From: Podarcis gaigeae
Lineage: Eukaryota
Length of the DNA stretch: 64,000 nucleotides
Assembly: GCA_964106915.2 (NCBI GenBank)
Contig: OZ066918.1
Strand: one strand, 5' to 3'
Below the pieces are notes generated by a model. That model saw only the letters and a list, made by a program, of their open reading frames with translations, ran no database searches and had not been told where the DNA came from. Of the stretch, positions 25,643-38,743 are shown piece after piece. Within the stretch, counting starts at the first letter, position 1, and each line of letters opens with the position of its first letter. A program made the translations under genes and the position numbers.

Positions 25643-26111
25643 CAGAGGTTTTCAACCTTTTTGAGCCCATAGCTCCCTTGACCAGCTACATTCTTTCTGT
25701 GGCACCCCAGTTATGTCACCCCTTGCCTGCAGAGCTGGCAGCCCCTCAGTGCTTTTCGAGTGCCCTACCTTGTGGAGTGTTCCCTCAGCCTCCTCTCCTC
25801 TCCCTGGGAGTCTTCTGGGCGGCAGCAGCAGCAACAGCAGTAGCTGCCCCTGGTCTCCGAGCTACCCCCCTGCCCCAAAGAGAGGTGCCTCTTCACACTA
25901 CTCCACAGGGGCTTGGAAGCACCCCCTGGGGAGCACCCCCTGGTCAGCACCTGAGGCACCATTTGCCTGGGGAGCTTGTAGCCAGGGCTGCTGCACAAGC
26001 CTTTGGGTGGCAGAGAAGCAAAAGGGCATCAGAGGAAGGAGGGAAAAGAAAGAGGGACAATGTTGCCTGTGGCACCCCAGGGTGCCATGATGCACTGGTT
26101 GAAAACCACTG
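25643..26111. mobile_element. hAT-type MITE
   Basis: TIRs CAGAGGTTTTCAACC / GGTTGAAAACCACTG, with internal repeated GCACCCC motifs. Confidence 0.7.
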
Positions 26112-28439
26112 AGAACAGTTGTTGCTCAGTGTTCATCTGTAATCTGTGTCACCTTTTCCTTTTGGGCATCACAAACCCAAGCTCTGCCAGCCGCCAGCTA
26201 CTGATTGTAATATATGAAGCTGTTCTAAGCATACCTGTTTAACATGGGGTGCACTGATTATTATACAGGGTTAATATCTACTCCTTGCTCCCTCAACTGT
26301 TGATGTTTTATTGAAGCTGTGAAGCTAAATTCAGGTGAAATAGACTTTTGTGTGTGAAATACTATGCATCTGGGCACCTGCTAGGTGGGGAAAGTGGCTC
26401 ATCAATTCATTTGTGTTTCACATCCCCTGTCAAGCAGAAAAGAGATTTATGCTGGGGTGGGATCTCCCTGCCCCCGCAAACCTATGGGGTCTTTAGCACC
26501 AGCAATAAAACCCCTGGGCTGTCCATCACACCTACCTCACCTCCAGCTAGTTCTGTTCCCATCTGTCCCATCTATATCCCACATATAGGATATAAACTTC
26601 CAAGAGATGCTATGGTTCTAGCTCCTAAACTGTATGGAAACAGAAAATATCTGAATCAGGGATTGGGAACCAGGGATGTAGCTCTATCACTCTCACCATG
26701 AGCCCTGATCAGGCTGGCTAGGCCTGGAGAGACTTGGAGTACAACCACCTCTGAATGGCCACAGGTTTCCCACTTCTGTAGCCTGCAAATTCTGTTGTTA
26801 TCTGTGGGGACCATGATGCAGCTTGCAAAAGGATGGAAGACCAAAACAATGGTTTGCTAGAGTGTGAAACTGGTTTAATGGAAAATGTAACCTACTGTCA
26901 TCATCAAAATAAAATACCTCCCCCCTCAAAATCATAGATACTTTAGGCAAATAATTATCCTTTTGAGTAAAAGAAAACGGGGCCATAAATAATGGAATCT
27001 AGCAAGATGTAGATATTGCAGAGCTCAGAAAAGTTGTTAGTAAGCTGTTTTTAAAAAGAAACAACTTTAAAGCTAGTTCTTTAAACGTATTCACTTAAGT
27101 GGGTTTTACGGCACTGCAGCCTCCTTTTTGAGCCTTGCTCTGTATACTGTGGGGAAATTTACAACTTTTAGAGAAGCGGATAATGTTTTAGGGTTTTGAA
27201 TGCATCTCCCAACCCCCACCGCTTTGCTTCCACATTATTCGGTTAATCATTGCTTGAACTGGTTGCTATGGTTTTGGCAAGCCCATGGAGACTTTATAAT
27301 GAAGACTGAAAGACTCTTCCATTTATCTCTGCTCAATGTTTAGCACATGATGGTTTCATTTCTGTTCACCAGGCAGCTCCAAAGCCATCATTACAACCAA
27401 GGTTTCTTTTTGCCCTTTTCAATGTCTAATGAAGTGGTGACCAATTGGAACACTTCCATTTCTGTGGGTGTACAGAATACTGCATCCATGCAACACTTTA
27501 AAAATTACACAGCAGCTTGTCTCGAAAGAAAGAACAAAAGGAAATTCAGAAAATAGCAAACCCTTGTCAAAATTGATTTAAAAAATAAAATAAAACCTCT
27601 TGTACCCAATGCAGCTAAAATTACTTGAGTCTAAGTGCCATTGCCTTTTATGGGATTTAGTCATGGCCAACTTTAGCTGGGACTAGAGTCAGCTTATATG
27701 AATGATCTCTGTTATATCTATTCGGACCAGGATCTAGAGCAGGCATGGAGAACCTATGGCCTTCCTAATGTCATTGAGCTCCAAGCCACATCTGTGGGAT
27801 ATTTACAATGCAGTCAAACCAACAACGCATGTTTGCTAGATAGGCACATGATAGAAACTGACACTCACAGAGTTTTCTTGTATATTTGCTAGAGAGAACT
27901 CTGTGAGAGTTGTGCCCTAACAGGGGGAGGGCATCGTCATATATATTGTCCTTACCTGCCTGGGCACATCCTCTTTCTTCTCTTATTCCTACACCTTCAT
28001 CATCAAGCCAGAAATGTGAGAACAATCTGCATGTTTGAGCTCCAATGCTCAGACACCGTCTTAAGTTAGATTTAAGCATGCCTATGTAACCGAATTACCA
28101 TTTGAAGCCAGCCTTAACAAAGCTGCTGTATCTGTCATTCTGCAGCAGTGATTCAATGTTCTTTTTACCTTTCACAAGACTGTTTGTGTGATTATTGTTT
28201 GAAGGGGGAGGAAAGGGGGAAATACCAGGAGAATCCATTCTGCCTTAAAGCATCCTGGATTACTTAAGCTAAAAGGCTAAAAATGAATAGCTAATAAATA
28301 TATTCTCTCCTGGCATCTGTACACATCCCTACACCATCAGCCCCAGCCAATATGGCCACTTTTTTGGAATGATGGGAGTTGTAGTCAAATAAAATCTGGA
28401 GAGCAATAGGATCTCCATCTGTGACCTAGAGAGATCTGT

Positions 28440-28441
<2 letters not shown>

Positions 28442-28476
<35 letters not shown>
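28442..28476. repeat. (AC)n microsatellite
   Basis: Direct observation. Others at 15624-15649 and 57051-57085. Confidence 0.95.
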
Positions 28477-28479
<3 letters not shown>

Positions 28480-29725
28480 TTTCTAAAAGCAGATGGAGGT
28501 GTATGACTGGTTTCTCTGCTGCTTAACATCCTTTTACATCTTTTTGGATGTTCTCCAGAGGATCTTTGAGGAATTGGGTGGGGGGAGGCCTGAGAAGCTG
28601 CTTCTAGAAGATGAAACTGAGAAGCCCCAGCACACATATGGAACACCACACACAAAGCTTAGGATCTTGGCTCTAATGAATGAAAAGTAGTGACACTGAA
28701 TGGCTTCATTACAAAGCGGGTTATTGATTTTACAACACTGGGAGAAACAGCTTTTCTACTGATCATTTGTTAGGAATTCTTTATGATGATAACATTACAG
28801 ATCATAAGAAACACCGGACATATATTCAGCCCACTTTCTTATAGGCTAAGACCTCCTCTGCTCACCCTGCTAGTATCTGTTCACTTCCATGGAAGGGATG
28901 ACTGTGTGCCTCAAAAACAGGTATGTGCAAACAGATGAGTCTGCAAAGCCGCTCTCTCCATTGCTGTGAATGGGGAAGCATATTCACACAGATGCTTTAT
29001 GTGCGCACACTGGAGTATATGTGGGTTAAAGCACCTTTAGGGGGCACTGTGCAAGAAGGAGAACCCCAAAGCAGCCATGTTGTTATTAAAGAGTTCACAG
29101 CACTGAAGCAAAGCGCCTTTGTTTCATACTCCAGTCAGCAGGGTGCATCACTTTAGAAAGTTGACAGTTGCAACAAGTACAGGGTTAAATTCACACAACT
29201 ACTCTGGAGTCTTGAAATGGCCACATGTGTCAGCTTCCTGTCCATTGCAAGACAAATATTTAAGACGGATGCCAGGCACCAGTTTCATGTTTCTGCATGC
29301 CACCGGAAATGCCCGCCCCCCAAATAGGCTTGCTGCACCATGCAACCTCTCCCCACTTAAATATTGTTTGTGGTACCCTGCTTGCAGGCAGTCAGCCAAA
29401 ACATCTGGCTACTTCAGGGATGGTGTGAATTAGCCATAGCCCATGTTTGGCAGCTTTTTCATGGAGCAGCAGTGGGAATTATGCCATAAACTGGGCATCA
29501 CCTGGACTGCTTTAGCTCATGAGAAACTCTGTGAAGTTCCACATGACTCCCATTGTCAACATATCAAATTGGGAGTGGTCCTAAATTCATATTGCTACAG
29601 CTCCTCAACTGTTGTTGTTGTTATTTTTTAAAAACCCATTGCCACAATAATTTCAAATAATGCAGTGCCATTCTCCATGATGCAAGGAACTCCAATCCCA
29701 TTTGCTGTAGAAATGCAAGAACTGG

Positions 29726-29862
29726 NNNNNNNNNNNNNNNNNNNNNNNNNNNNNNNNNNNNNNNNNNNNNNNNNNNNNNNNNNNNNNNNNNNNNNNNNNN
29801 NNNNNNNNNNNNNNNNNNNNNNNNNNNNNNNNNNNNNNNNNNNNNNNNNNNNNNNNNNNNNN
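29726..29862. other. Assembly gap (137 N)
   Basis: Run of N. Confidence 1.
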
Positions 29863-31115
29863 CTGTCCATCAAGCATGAAAATCCAGCTCATTTGTTCCC
29901 TTTCTTCATGCAAACGACCTCACAGGGTTCAGTTCAAGCTAAAGCCAGTTGCTGAAAACTTGTCACTCACACATTTAACTCCTTTTTGTTGGCCTCTTTC
30001 TATTTTTGTTCTTCTTGGTCTCCGCCTCCTCCGCAGCCCCGCCCACTCCAGCAGTCACAAAAGGAAGTCTGGGAATCTCTTTAAAGCTGCAGCGCCTCCC
30101 TTTAAAAATTAATACCAAACCAAAACAGTAGCTTGAAAGGAAATGGCAAACATGTATAAGATAGAAACTTCCGTCTCATCTGGTCAGCGGTCTACATGCT
30201 GTTGAATTTAAAAGAGGAAATAGTTGGGATTGAAATCTGAGCAGATATGACAAGAGGTCTCTGTCTGTCTTTGGGCATAAGTCAAGTGTCAGCCCATTGA
30301 AATGAAGTGCCTTTTTCTTACCCTATAAATGGCAGTTTGCAACTCACAATAGTTGCATTGAAACCAGCTATTTGGGTCAAGTAGTCGTGTACAAACTTTA
30401 CAGACCAACACCCTCTCTTTCCATATTATATCTGGGAAGGGGTCCTCACATGATTAAGTGGATGAAGGGGCAATGCTGCCGCCGGCCTCACCCCAACATC
30501 ATGTAGCTCCTCCCCAATGTCTGCACATTGAGCATGGACACCTGACAACAGGAAGCCAATGAACACCAAGCTCTATGTGCATAAGCTTCTGTGTGATCTA
30601 GAACTCCAATTGCTCAGGGTTCTAGTTCATTTGGAAGGTTATGTGCACAGCCTTGCCCTATTCAGATGTAAGTGCTCAACAAGCAGATATTGGGGATCAG
30701 GAAGGCACATGATGATACTGGAGGCAGGGCCAGACCCACTGCCCCATTTCTCCTTAATTGTGTGGAGCCCTCATCATGCATATTGATATTTAGAAGATTA
30801 GAAGTCCATCACCATTAGGTCTCAGGGTGGGTTACAATAACAATATCCAAGATGATAAAAAGAAATAAAACCATTACAAATGCAACGGAGCAGAATAAGT
30901 ACAACAAAAGTGGTGGAACCCCGCACCTTAACTGCAGAAGGTCATCTTCAGCACACATCAAAAGCAAGATGATAGATGCACCTCTATGGGGATGGGGTTT
31001 TACAATTCAGGGGCTACCACAAAGCAAGCCCTCCACTTCTCTGCTGATCGTATCACACATAAAACATGTGAAGCAAGACTTAAGTTTCAGTATGAAGCCC
31101 CCACACTCAGGGGGT

Positions 31116-31168
31116 ATATTATATTATATTATATTATATTATATTATATTATATTATATTATATTATA
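31116..31168. repeat. (ATATT)n microsatellite
   Basis: Direct observation. Confidence 0.95.
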
Positions 31169-32539
31169 ATGCATTTTGTCCCTTTTCTCTTTCCCTCCGA
31201 AATGGATGTGTGCATGCGTGGAAGGAGTTGGGTGGGTGTTCAGACTTCAGATGGTTATGTTTTGAACCATACAATCCATGCTTCATTGTGATCTTGTAGA
31301 GTTCAGGGTAAATATCACGTCATAAGGTGTTTTGTCTCTTTCCTGACTCCTGGGGAAATGATTGTGGAAGTGAAGCCCCAATTTGAAAAAAGGCACCAAA
31401 TTGTGCCCAATTTGTGCATACTAAATTTTATTTTGAAATCTCAGCGTTGAAAAGAGATGTTGGGCTGCAATCAAAGAACACCGAACTTTGATGAACAATA
31501 GGTGCACAGTGGGACATCGAAATGGCTAGACAAAGAAAACACAAAGAACTGAAATGGAGAATTATTGAGAAATGCTCTGGATATTCTGCTTTCCTCTTGC
31601 TAGACTGTTCATATAGCCACTGAAGATGACAGAGGGAATGCAAGGCTTTAGGAGTCAAGCCAGTTAAGAGCAGGCCAAGGGAACATACAGTATTTCCCTC
31701 AATATGTCAGCGAGATCCATTGTTGTAACCATGAATTGTCTGAATAGAGGAAGGGGAGGATTTTTTGTTAAATGGTATGAGCTTGTGATCTGATGAAGCA
31801 GGTCCATCTTGCCTCTGCAGTCCTCAGTATGTTATGTAATCTTTCCCTGCCTTTCTAAAGAGAGTTGCATTGGTGTACTCACAAAGCTACAACTCCAATC
31901 TCTCATGATGACCTATGCTGGACAACCCACCTAAGAGCTAAGCATTTGATTCAACTGCACAATCAGGAATTTCCCTCTCTAAGTGGGGCAGGAGGGGGAG
32001 ATTCCCATCTCTTTTACCTCCCAGGTACCAATCCATCATTCACAAATACTTCAGAAAACCAGTCCTATCAGCTTCAGTTGCTTAGCAGCAGCAGGTACAG
32101 AGAGTGGAACGCCACCCCTCTGATCTTGTTAAGTCTTTTTGCCTGGTCAGCAAATAGCCTGCTTAATACAGAGCCCTCGTGTGCCGGGGTCAGGAGATTA
32201 ATGAATTAAAACAGGTGTTTTGAGCCAGGAGCTGGAAATGCCACTGATAACATTTCAGTCTGAGATACGGTCACATCTGGCCGTGCCCAGGAAGGGGAGG
32301 GAGACAAAGCACAGGCATTCCTCTTTGGCTGCTGCTGCTGCTGCTGCTGCTGCCAGCTCTCTGAACTATCTGCCTTGCTCTGTGTTCTATAGACATTTCA
32401 CCCGCATGAACAGTCAACAAGTGTCTGTGTTCACAGTGGCAGGTTTATGGTCTGTACTGCCCTGTGCACGACCCATTTTTTTTGGGGGGGGGGAACCTAT
32501 TCAATCACTTAAATAAATAGTGACTGCTGCGAGGAGCAC

Positions 32540-32732
32540 ACAGAGAAGAAACATGATGGTGTGTCTGCATCAGGACAACTGGATGCCTTCATTTGCCTCA
32601 CCTGCAATAAAACATATCTCTCCCATATTGGTCTCTACAGCCACAGCAGGCGCTGCAACCTTCCAACAGTCTGACTTCACCCCCCCAAAAACACACTCTT
32701 CCATTGTCTCCCGAGACAGAAGGATGCCAACA
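32540..32732 (+). mobile_element. RTE LINE 3' end fragment
   Basis: ATTGGTCTCTACAGCCACAGCAGGCGCTGCAA...TGACTTCACCCC...CCATTGTCTCC.GAGACAGA.GGATGCCAACAA is the reverse complement of the 21432 copy. Confidence 0.75.
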
Positions 32733-33387
32733 ATGTCAAAACTAAGGATGTATAAGATGATAGTAATAATGTTTCTGCCTTTGCACTGTGCTCCTGCCTC
32801 CCAAACAACTTGGGGTGATCCCTGCTGAAAAAGTGATACAGTAATAATGATATCTCTGAAATGGGGGCTCTCCCCATAAAGGGGAAAAAAACCCTGGGAA
32901 CAATCAGGGGGAACATTTGTCCCCATGTCAGTTTCAGTTTATTGGTTACTTTTTCTAATAAGGCTGTTTCCCATACTATTTGATACCATTGGTCCATGCT
33001 TACTCCTGACAGGTCTCTCCAGTGTCTGGCTATGATACTTCTGGCTGCTGAGAGTAGGTGGGTTATGGGCTCTTTATAATGTGAGTGGGCCTTATTATCT
33101 TGGAATATGTTCAGTAGGCTAGTTCTGGGGTGACTTCTAATACTTGCTTAGTTATTTTGCATATTTCTTGTATGATTGATGTCCAGAAGAGTTGAATTCT
33201 GAGACATTCCCACCACATGTGGAGATATGAGACTGCAAACATTCTTGAAATGTTTGTGCATCTTCTGTTCCAGCTCACCACTGCAAGTCCAATAAAATAT
33301 ACGCAGAAAATAACATGTTGGAATTGGGTCCCCTCCCACCACAAACATGTGCTAGATAAGTTTAATGAAGAATCTTGTGGCACCTTA

Positions 33388-33732
33388 AAGGTAAAGGACC
33401 CCTGACAGTTAAATCCAGTTGCGAAAGTCTCTGGGGTTGTGGCACTCATCTCGCTTTACTGGCCGAGGGAGCCGATGTTTGTTTTTCCAGGTCACATGGC
33501 CAGCATGACTAAGCCACTTCTTGCAAAACCAGAGCAGTGCACAGAAACGCCGTTTACCATCCTGCCAGAGCAGTACCAATTTATCTACTTGCACTTTGAC
33601 ATGCTTTCAAACTGCTAGGTTGGCAGGAGCTGGGACCCAGCAATGGGAGCTCACCCCGTCCTGGGGATTTGAACTGCCGACCTTCCGATCAGCAAGCCCT
33701 AGGCTCAGTACTTTAGACCACAGTGCCACCTG
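33388..33732 (-). mobile_element. Near-full-length Sauria SINE
   Basis: Reverse complement of the 10307 copy, with 12-bp TSD TGTGGCACCTTA at 33376-33387 and 33733-33744. Confidence 0.88.
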
Positions 33733-35626
33733 TGTGGCACCTTAGAGACTGACAAATTGATTATGGCACAAGCTTTTGTGGACTACAGTCACCGCAGTTG
33801 TTTAGTGCACAGAGATCGATTGTTTTGGACATATCCAATATGTGTGCAACTGCACATGCATGCATTGTGTCAAACCGAGAAGTGCCCAAATATGGCACAA
33901 AAAGGGGCAGGGGTGGCATGAGCTGTTTGCAGGCTTTTTCAATGAGTGTTTCGATTATATGTGATTTCACTTTAGCACATGGTACCTCAGAATATAACCC
34001 CGGTGCACACTGGTCATTGCCTGTATCTTAACAGAAATTGAAAATATAGTTTTGCTTTTTTGCAAGATCACTTAATGGTGTATCGTGTTTTCAGTGCAAT
34101 GATGCTTCTTGAAATTGTGAAATTAGTTCAATGACCTTGTATGCTCCCTTCCTCAAGGCTACTTGGGTTCGTAGGAACACATGAGTAGTAGATGAAGTGT
34201 TTATGTTTTTGATGAGCTAAGGGAGCCAGGGTGGAAAGGGGTGCAATATCTCGGTGCCAATTGAAGCCTTTGCCTTTCAGTGTCTGAATGCGTATGCATC
34301 CTTGGGAGGCCTGTAGGGTTAACAGTATCTTCCACTGAGAACAACTGCCTTTCTCCCCTCCACCCACCCTCCACAAAGCGCTCATACAAACAAGCCAAGA
34401 AAAAGGTCGATTTAGACCTTAATGCGAGGCAGACGGCTCGGTGTCTGACCTTGTGGCTCTGGTAATGATTTAACAAGACATTCGCAAACCTGGTGTGTGT
34501 GTGTGTGGTTCTTCCTTGTTGCATGGAAGCTCCAGCCAAGCACTCAGTCTGTGGAGGGTGGGTGGGGGGAGTGGAGGACAGAAGGGCAGACCTTCAGCTT
34601 GTGCTCTGTCCTACTCCGTGTGTCCCCCCCCCCCACCTGGCCTCTCTTCAGCCATCTGCTGTGGCTGGCTGGTTCTATTGATCAAATGCCACTCAATAGC
34701 TCATCTTCCCCCAGCTAGACCAGGCAAAGCCAAGGTTTCAACCTCATTGTCCATTAATAATTCCGCAGGGGCTGCTGCCTTTAAATTTATTGCTTCTTCT
34801 TTAAAAAATAAACAATTCTTCACGTGCTTCGCCCTTTCAGCCCATTTTAATGCTCTGGTATTTCATCACTTGGCACAATGTCTTTCAAACACTCTTCTCT
34901 TTTCTCTGTTTGGTCAATCTAGGGCTCCCCTACCTTCCCCCCAATAAATGATTGCTGTCTCCCTTTATATTTCAGTGCCGTTTGCTGCAAGCGATTTCTC
35001 TTCTCTCATTGCCTACCAAACCCATCCCTCTAGCTATTGCTTTTATGGGGGGCGGGGAGTATAACTGCTTTGGAAACCATTGTCTTTTAAGAATATCTGG
35101 CAAATATATATTGTCCCAGGAGGACATCACCCACAGGGAAACTGTGTTCACATTAGTGCGCCACCCCATGAGGATTATTTTATGCTGCTGGACTCAGTTC
35201 TGTCACCGGTCTCTGCTTAATTATCTGTACGAAGCTATTGCAGTGCCAGATTTAGTGCAGTGAGGATGGTTCCTCTGCACAGGGCATAGGATTGCACTAT
35301 AAGTGGAGTGCCAGGATTGTATCCTCTGCCTTCTTTTTAAACCCAAAGCAGCCTTACTTTGAGCCTCAGTTGGAAAAGGGCAGGTAGAGAGAGGCTCATT
35401 TTCCAGCTGCTCCTCGCTGAGATGGGCAAAATGCTGAAAAAGCAGTTTGCGGGTGGGAGGGAGTAATTTTGAGCTGAAAAACAAAACAAAACCCTGAGGG
35501 GAAAGCAGCCTCGTTCTCCTGCCCCTTCTGCTCCTAAATGTAGTCTATTCAAGGCTGAAATAGTTTTTAATTCACCATTCCTGTGCCCCCTGTGGTGATG
35601 AACACACTATCTTAGGCCACAGTAAG

Positions 35627-35943
35627 CAGTGGTGTAGCATCGATTGCTGGCACCCGGGGCTGGCATGCACGCATGCTGGGTGGGGTGCTAGCCCAGCCCT
35701 CACCACTGATGCCGCTGGAGCAACCACACCCTCACCGGACCAAAGCAGGGTTGTGCTGATCCACCTGCCCATCGGACCAGGGGGGAGCCCGGCCAGCCGA
35801 CACAGCCCTTGGAAGGCGGAGAGCAGCATTGGGCTGGGCCACACTGGGGGCGCTTACATGGGATTGCCTGGTTTGCACCACTCAAAAATTGTGCACCCAG
35901 CACCACGGTCCCCATGGCTCCCCCCCCCCCCATGCTATGCCCT
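35627..35943. mobile_element. hAT-type MITE, degenerate
   Basis: Ends CAGTGGTGTAGCAT ... ATGCTATGCCCT resemble the TIRs of 43280-43413. GC-rich interior. Confidence 0.5.
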
Positions 35944-37436
35944 TAACAGTAAAGACAAAGGAAGAATCACTAGGTTAGCTTGGGAACATCACTGTTCTCT
36001 TGGACAAAGGTACAAATGTGTTGGTGCATATATCACGAGACTCTTGTTCTGCAAAACACTGGACGACATAAATAGAGGGATTTCTAAAGTTTGAGGTTTT
36101 CAGTGTTATTACCTCAAGAAAACTTCTTGGAACAGATTTGTCTGCTGTGAACCATTTTACTTTGCAAAGTTCGCTCAGTACAGCTTACCCAACACTGAGA
36201 TTTACCTTTTCTTTTTCCTCAAAGGACCCCTCTGCTTTTAACAGCAGCAAAAACAACAACAACAACAGTGGCCTCATTTCCCACCATGGATTCTTCTTTA
36301 TTGGAAAATCTCTCCTTGCTACACTTCTGCCTTGTATGGATTTGTGAACAGACTATGTTTTGCACATAAGTAATCCACAACAACCATTATGAATAGAATT
36401 ACCCGGGGGGGGGGACGGACGGGCTAGCCTGTTGCTGTTTAGCATCTTGATCTGAAGATAAGCTTACCTCACAATGAATGCAGATTAAGCTGCTATTAAG
36501 CTGCTATAAAGGCAGAGGAGCAGGGGCCAGTATGGAAGCGGGCAACCCTGGGCTTAAACCTGGACTGCAATTTGACCCTGATGCAGAATCAGGACCTGGC
36601 AGTGCCAGGCGAACAGGGAAAGTAAGGAAGTCAAGTTAGGAGGAGGTGCATGAATAAAGCTGGGTATATAGCACGGGAGCTGAAGCACTGAGCCCAGGGT
36701 CTGTAAGAACAGCAGTCACGGCTTTTGCCTGGTTGATGTGTCAGACACATCTATAGAGTGTAGTGACTAATTGGAACTGAAAGGGAAGCCGGATAGTCTC
36801 AGGAAGGAGCACGTTGCAGGCGCTAACTTGGCCATCTAGTTTCTAACCTTTTGACCTTAGAGATGCTGTTCGGGAATCAGAGTTCATTCATTGGGTTGGG
36901 AAAAAAGAAGAAGAGATCCTTTCTCTCTCACTCCGCTCCCCTCGGTTTCCCCCCCTTCTTCTTTCTTTTACGCCCCCTTCGCCACCGCCCTTCGGGGAGA
37001 AACCCTTGTTCGGTCCTTCCAGAAAAGGAGAGTTCAATTAGCTCAGTCAATCGTCAGGAGAAGAAAAGGACACAATGTGTGGGCCTCATTCAGGCCTGCA
37101 GTGGCTTTGAAGATATGATTTGCTCAGCCTGGGGAGAACCAAACAGATGCTAATTCACCTGCAGTGTGCAGAGAGGGCCGAGCAAATGCCTCTCTCCCAA
37201 GGCAGCGGTTGGTTGAGCAGGCTTGTTCTGAACTGACAGAGTGACTAAAAAGGAAGCCATGTGTGTGTGAGAGAGGGGGCTAAGATTCCTTTCATTCCTC
37301 CTCCTCTCACCTCTCTCTCTCTGGTTTTCTTTTTCATTGAGTTGGGCGTTGATAACAGTTACTCTTCCTCTTCATGCTTTGTTGACGGGAGACGAAAGGC
37401 ATGGCAGCTAAAGGAAATCTGAAAAACTGACTGGAA

Positions 37437-37565
37437 AATCATAGAATTGTAGAGTTGGAAAGGTCCATGAGTGTCATCTAGTCCAGCCCCCTGCGAGGCA
37501 GGAATCTTTTTGCCCAACAAGACCCTGAGATTAAGAGTCCCATGCTCTGTGGACTAAGCTAGCCA
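37437..37565 (-). mobile_element. tRNA-derived SINE with CR1-type tail
   Basis: ATCATAGAATTGTAGAGTTGGAA...CATCTAGTCCAGCCCCCTGC on the + strand, followed by a degenerate tRNA head. Confidence 0.65.
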
Positions 37566-37899
37566 CTGTTGTGGTCTTACAGAAAGTTTTGTGGCTCTGA
37601 AGGAAAAAATGCTAGGGATAGTCTTTCTCCCTCTTTCTTAATCCCTTCACTCTTTCCCTCACATCTGCAGTTGAAGTGCCAATTTCATCTGGTTCAGGCA
37701 GATCAGATGAGGGGATAAAACTGTCCCCAGAGAGAGTCACTTTGGTGTGGGCAGGTGAGGGACTCCATCACTGAATGCCGTTCCAGATTAAAAACAATCA
37801 CAACTGAGGGCTGGCTCAAGCCATTTTACTGCCTGAGGGGAAGGACAAGATGGTGCCCTACCCCCCCATTTTACATACAGAAGCTGACTGGACTGGTAG

Positions 37900-38240
37900 C
37901 TGAACCTAGTTTTTGATAGTATTTGATAAATATTAAATAATATTACTTGTAAGTATGATATGGATGGTATTATATGATGATACATGCAGAGAGAAGATTG
38001 ATAGAAGATATGTATGTGAGAGACAGAATAAAATGGTTTTTCTCAGTGTGAGGAACTGGGAAGACATGGACCTCTGTGAATTGAAGATTAAGATAGAAGG
38101 TTGATAGAATATAAAATTTTGTTTTTGTGGGGGTGTTTCCCCCTGCTTCTCTCTTTCCTTCTTTTTATTATTTTGCTCTCTTTAGATGTTAACTTTGTTT
38201 GGTTTTTATTGTATTATATGTTGAAACCTTTAATGAAATT
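37900..38240 (+). mobile_element. L1-like 3' UTR remnant
   Basis: AT-rich, T-rich then A-rich terminus typical of squamate L1 3' ends. No ORF. Confidence 0.4.
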
Positions 38241-38743
38241 GATTTTTAAAAGAAGAAAGATTTCCATATTGAATTCAGCAGAGCTTTCAAGGCAGTTTAC
38301 AAAAACACCTCACAACTTCCTCTACCCCAACCCCCATCCCAGCATATGCTGCCTAAACTGGCCAACTGCCTTTCTCCAGTGGTAGGGCCTTAACAACAAC
38401 TCACTCTGCACAGAAAACTAGGCACTAGAGAGAAAAGTTGTGGCTTGATATGTTAATTTTATTCACACAGAAGTGTTCAACCAAGCCATTTCCCAGCTGT
38501 AGCCTGAAGTAGTGGAATCCAGGAAAAGTCTTGCTATCTCATCTGCTGTTGAAGGTATATTGGTCTCCAGCAGAATAAGAGATTTGCGTAACTAGACTGC
38601 TCAGATTGGTGCTTCATCTCAGTGTGGAAAGCCTTCTGAATTGGGACTAGATTGGTCAGAAGAACAGCAAAGCGAGGGGGAAAAAATGCAACGCCTCCCC
38701 CCCCCCCAAGCAAGTACACGAGATGTAGCTAACGGCTTGAGAA

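Noticed and set aside
35581-35600. CTCF-like TGCCCCCTGTGG
   Set aside because: Weaker match at the 5' half of the consensus, so not supportable without a matrix scan.
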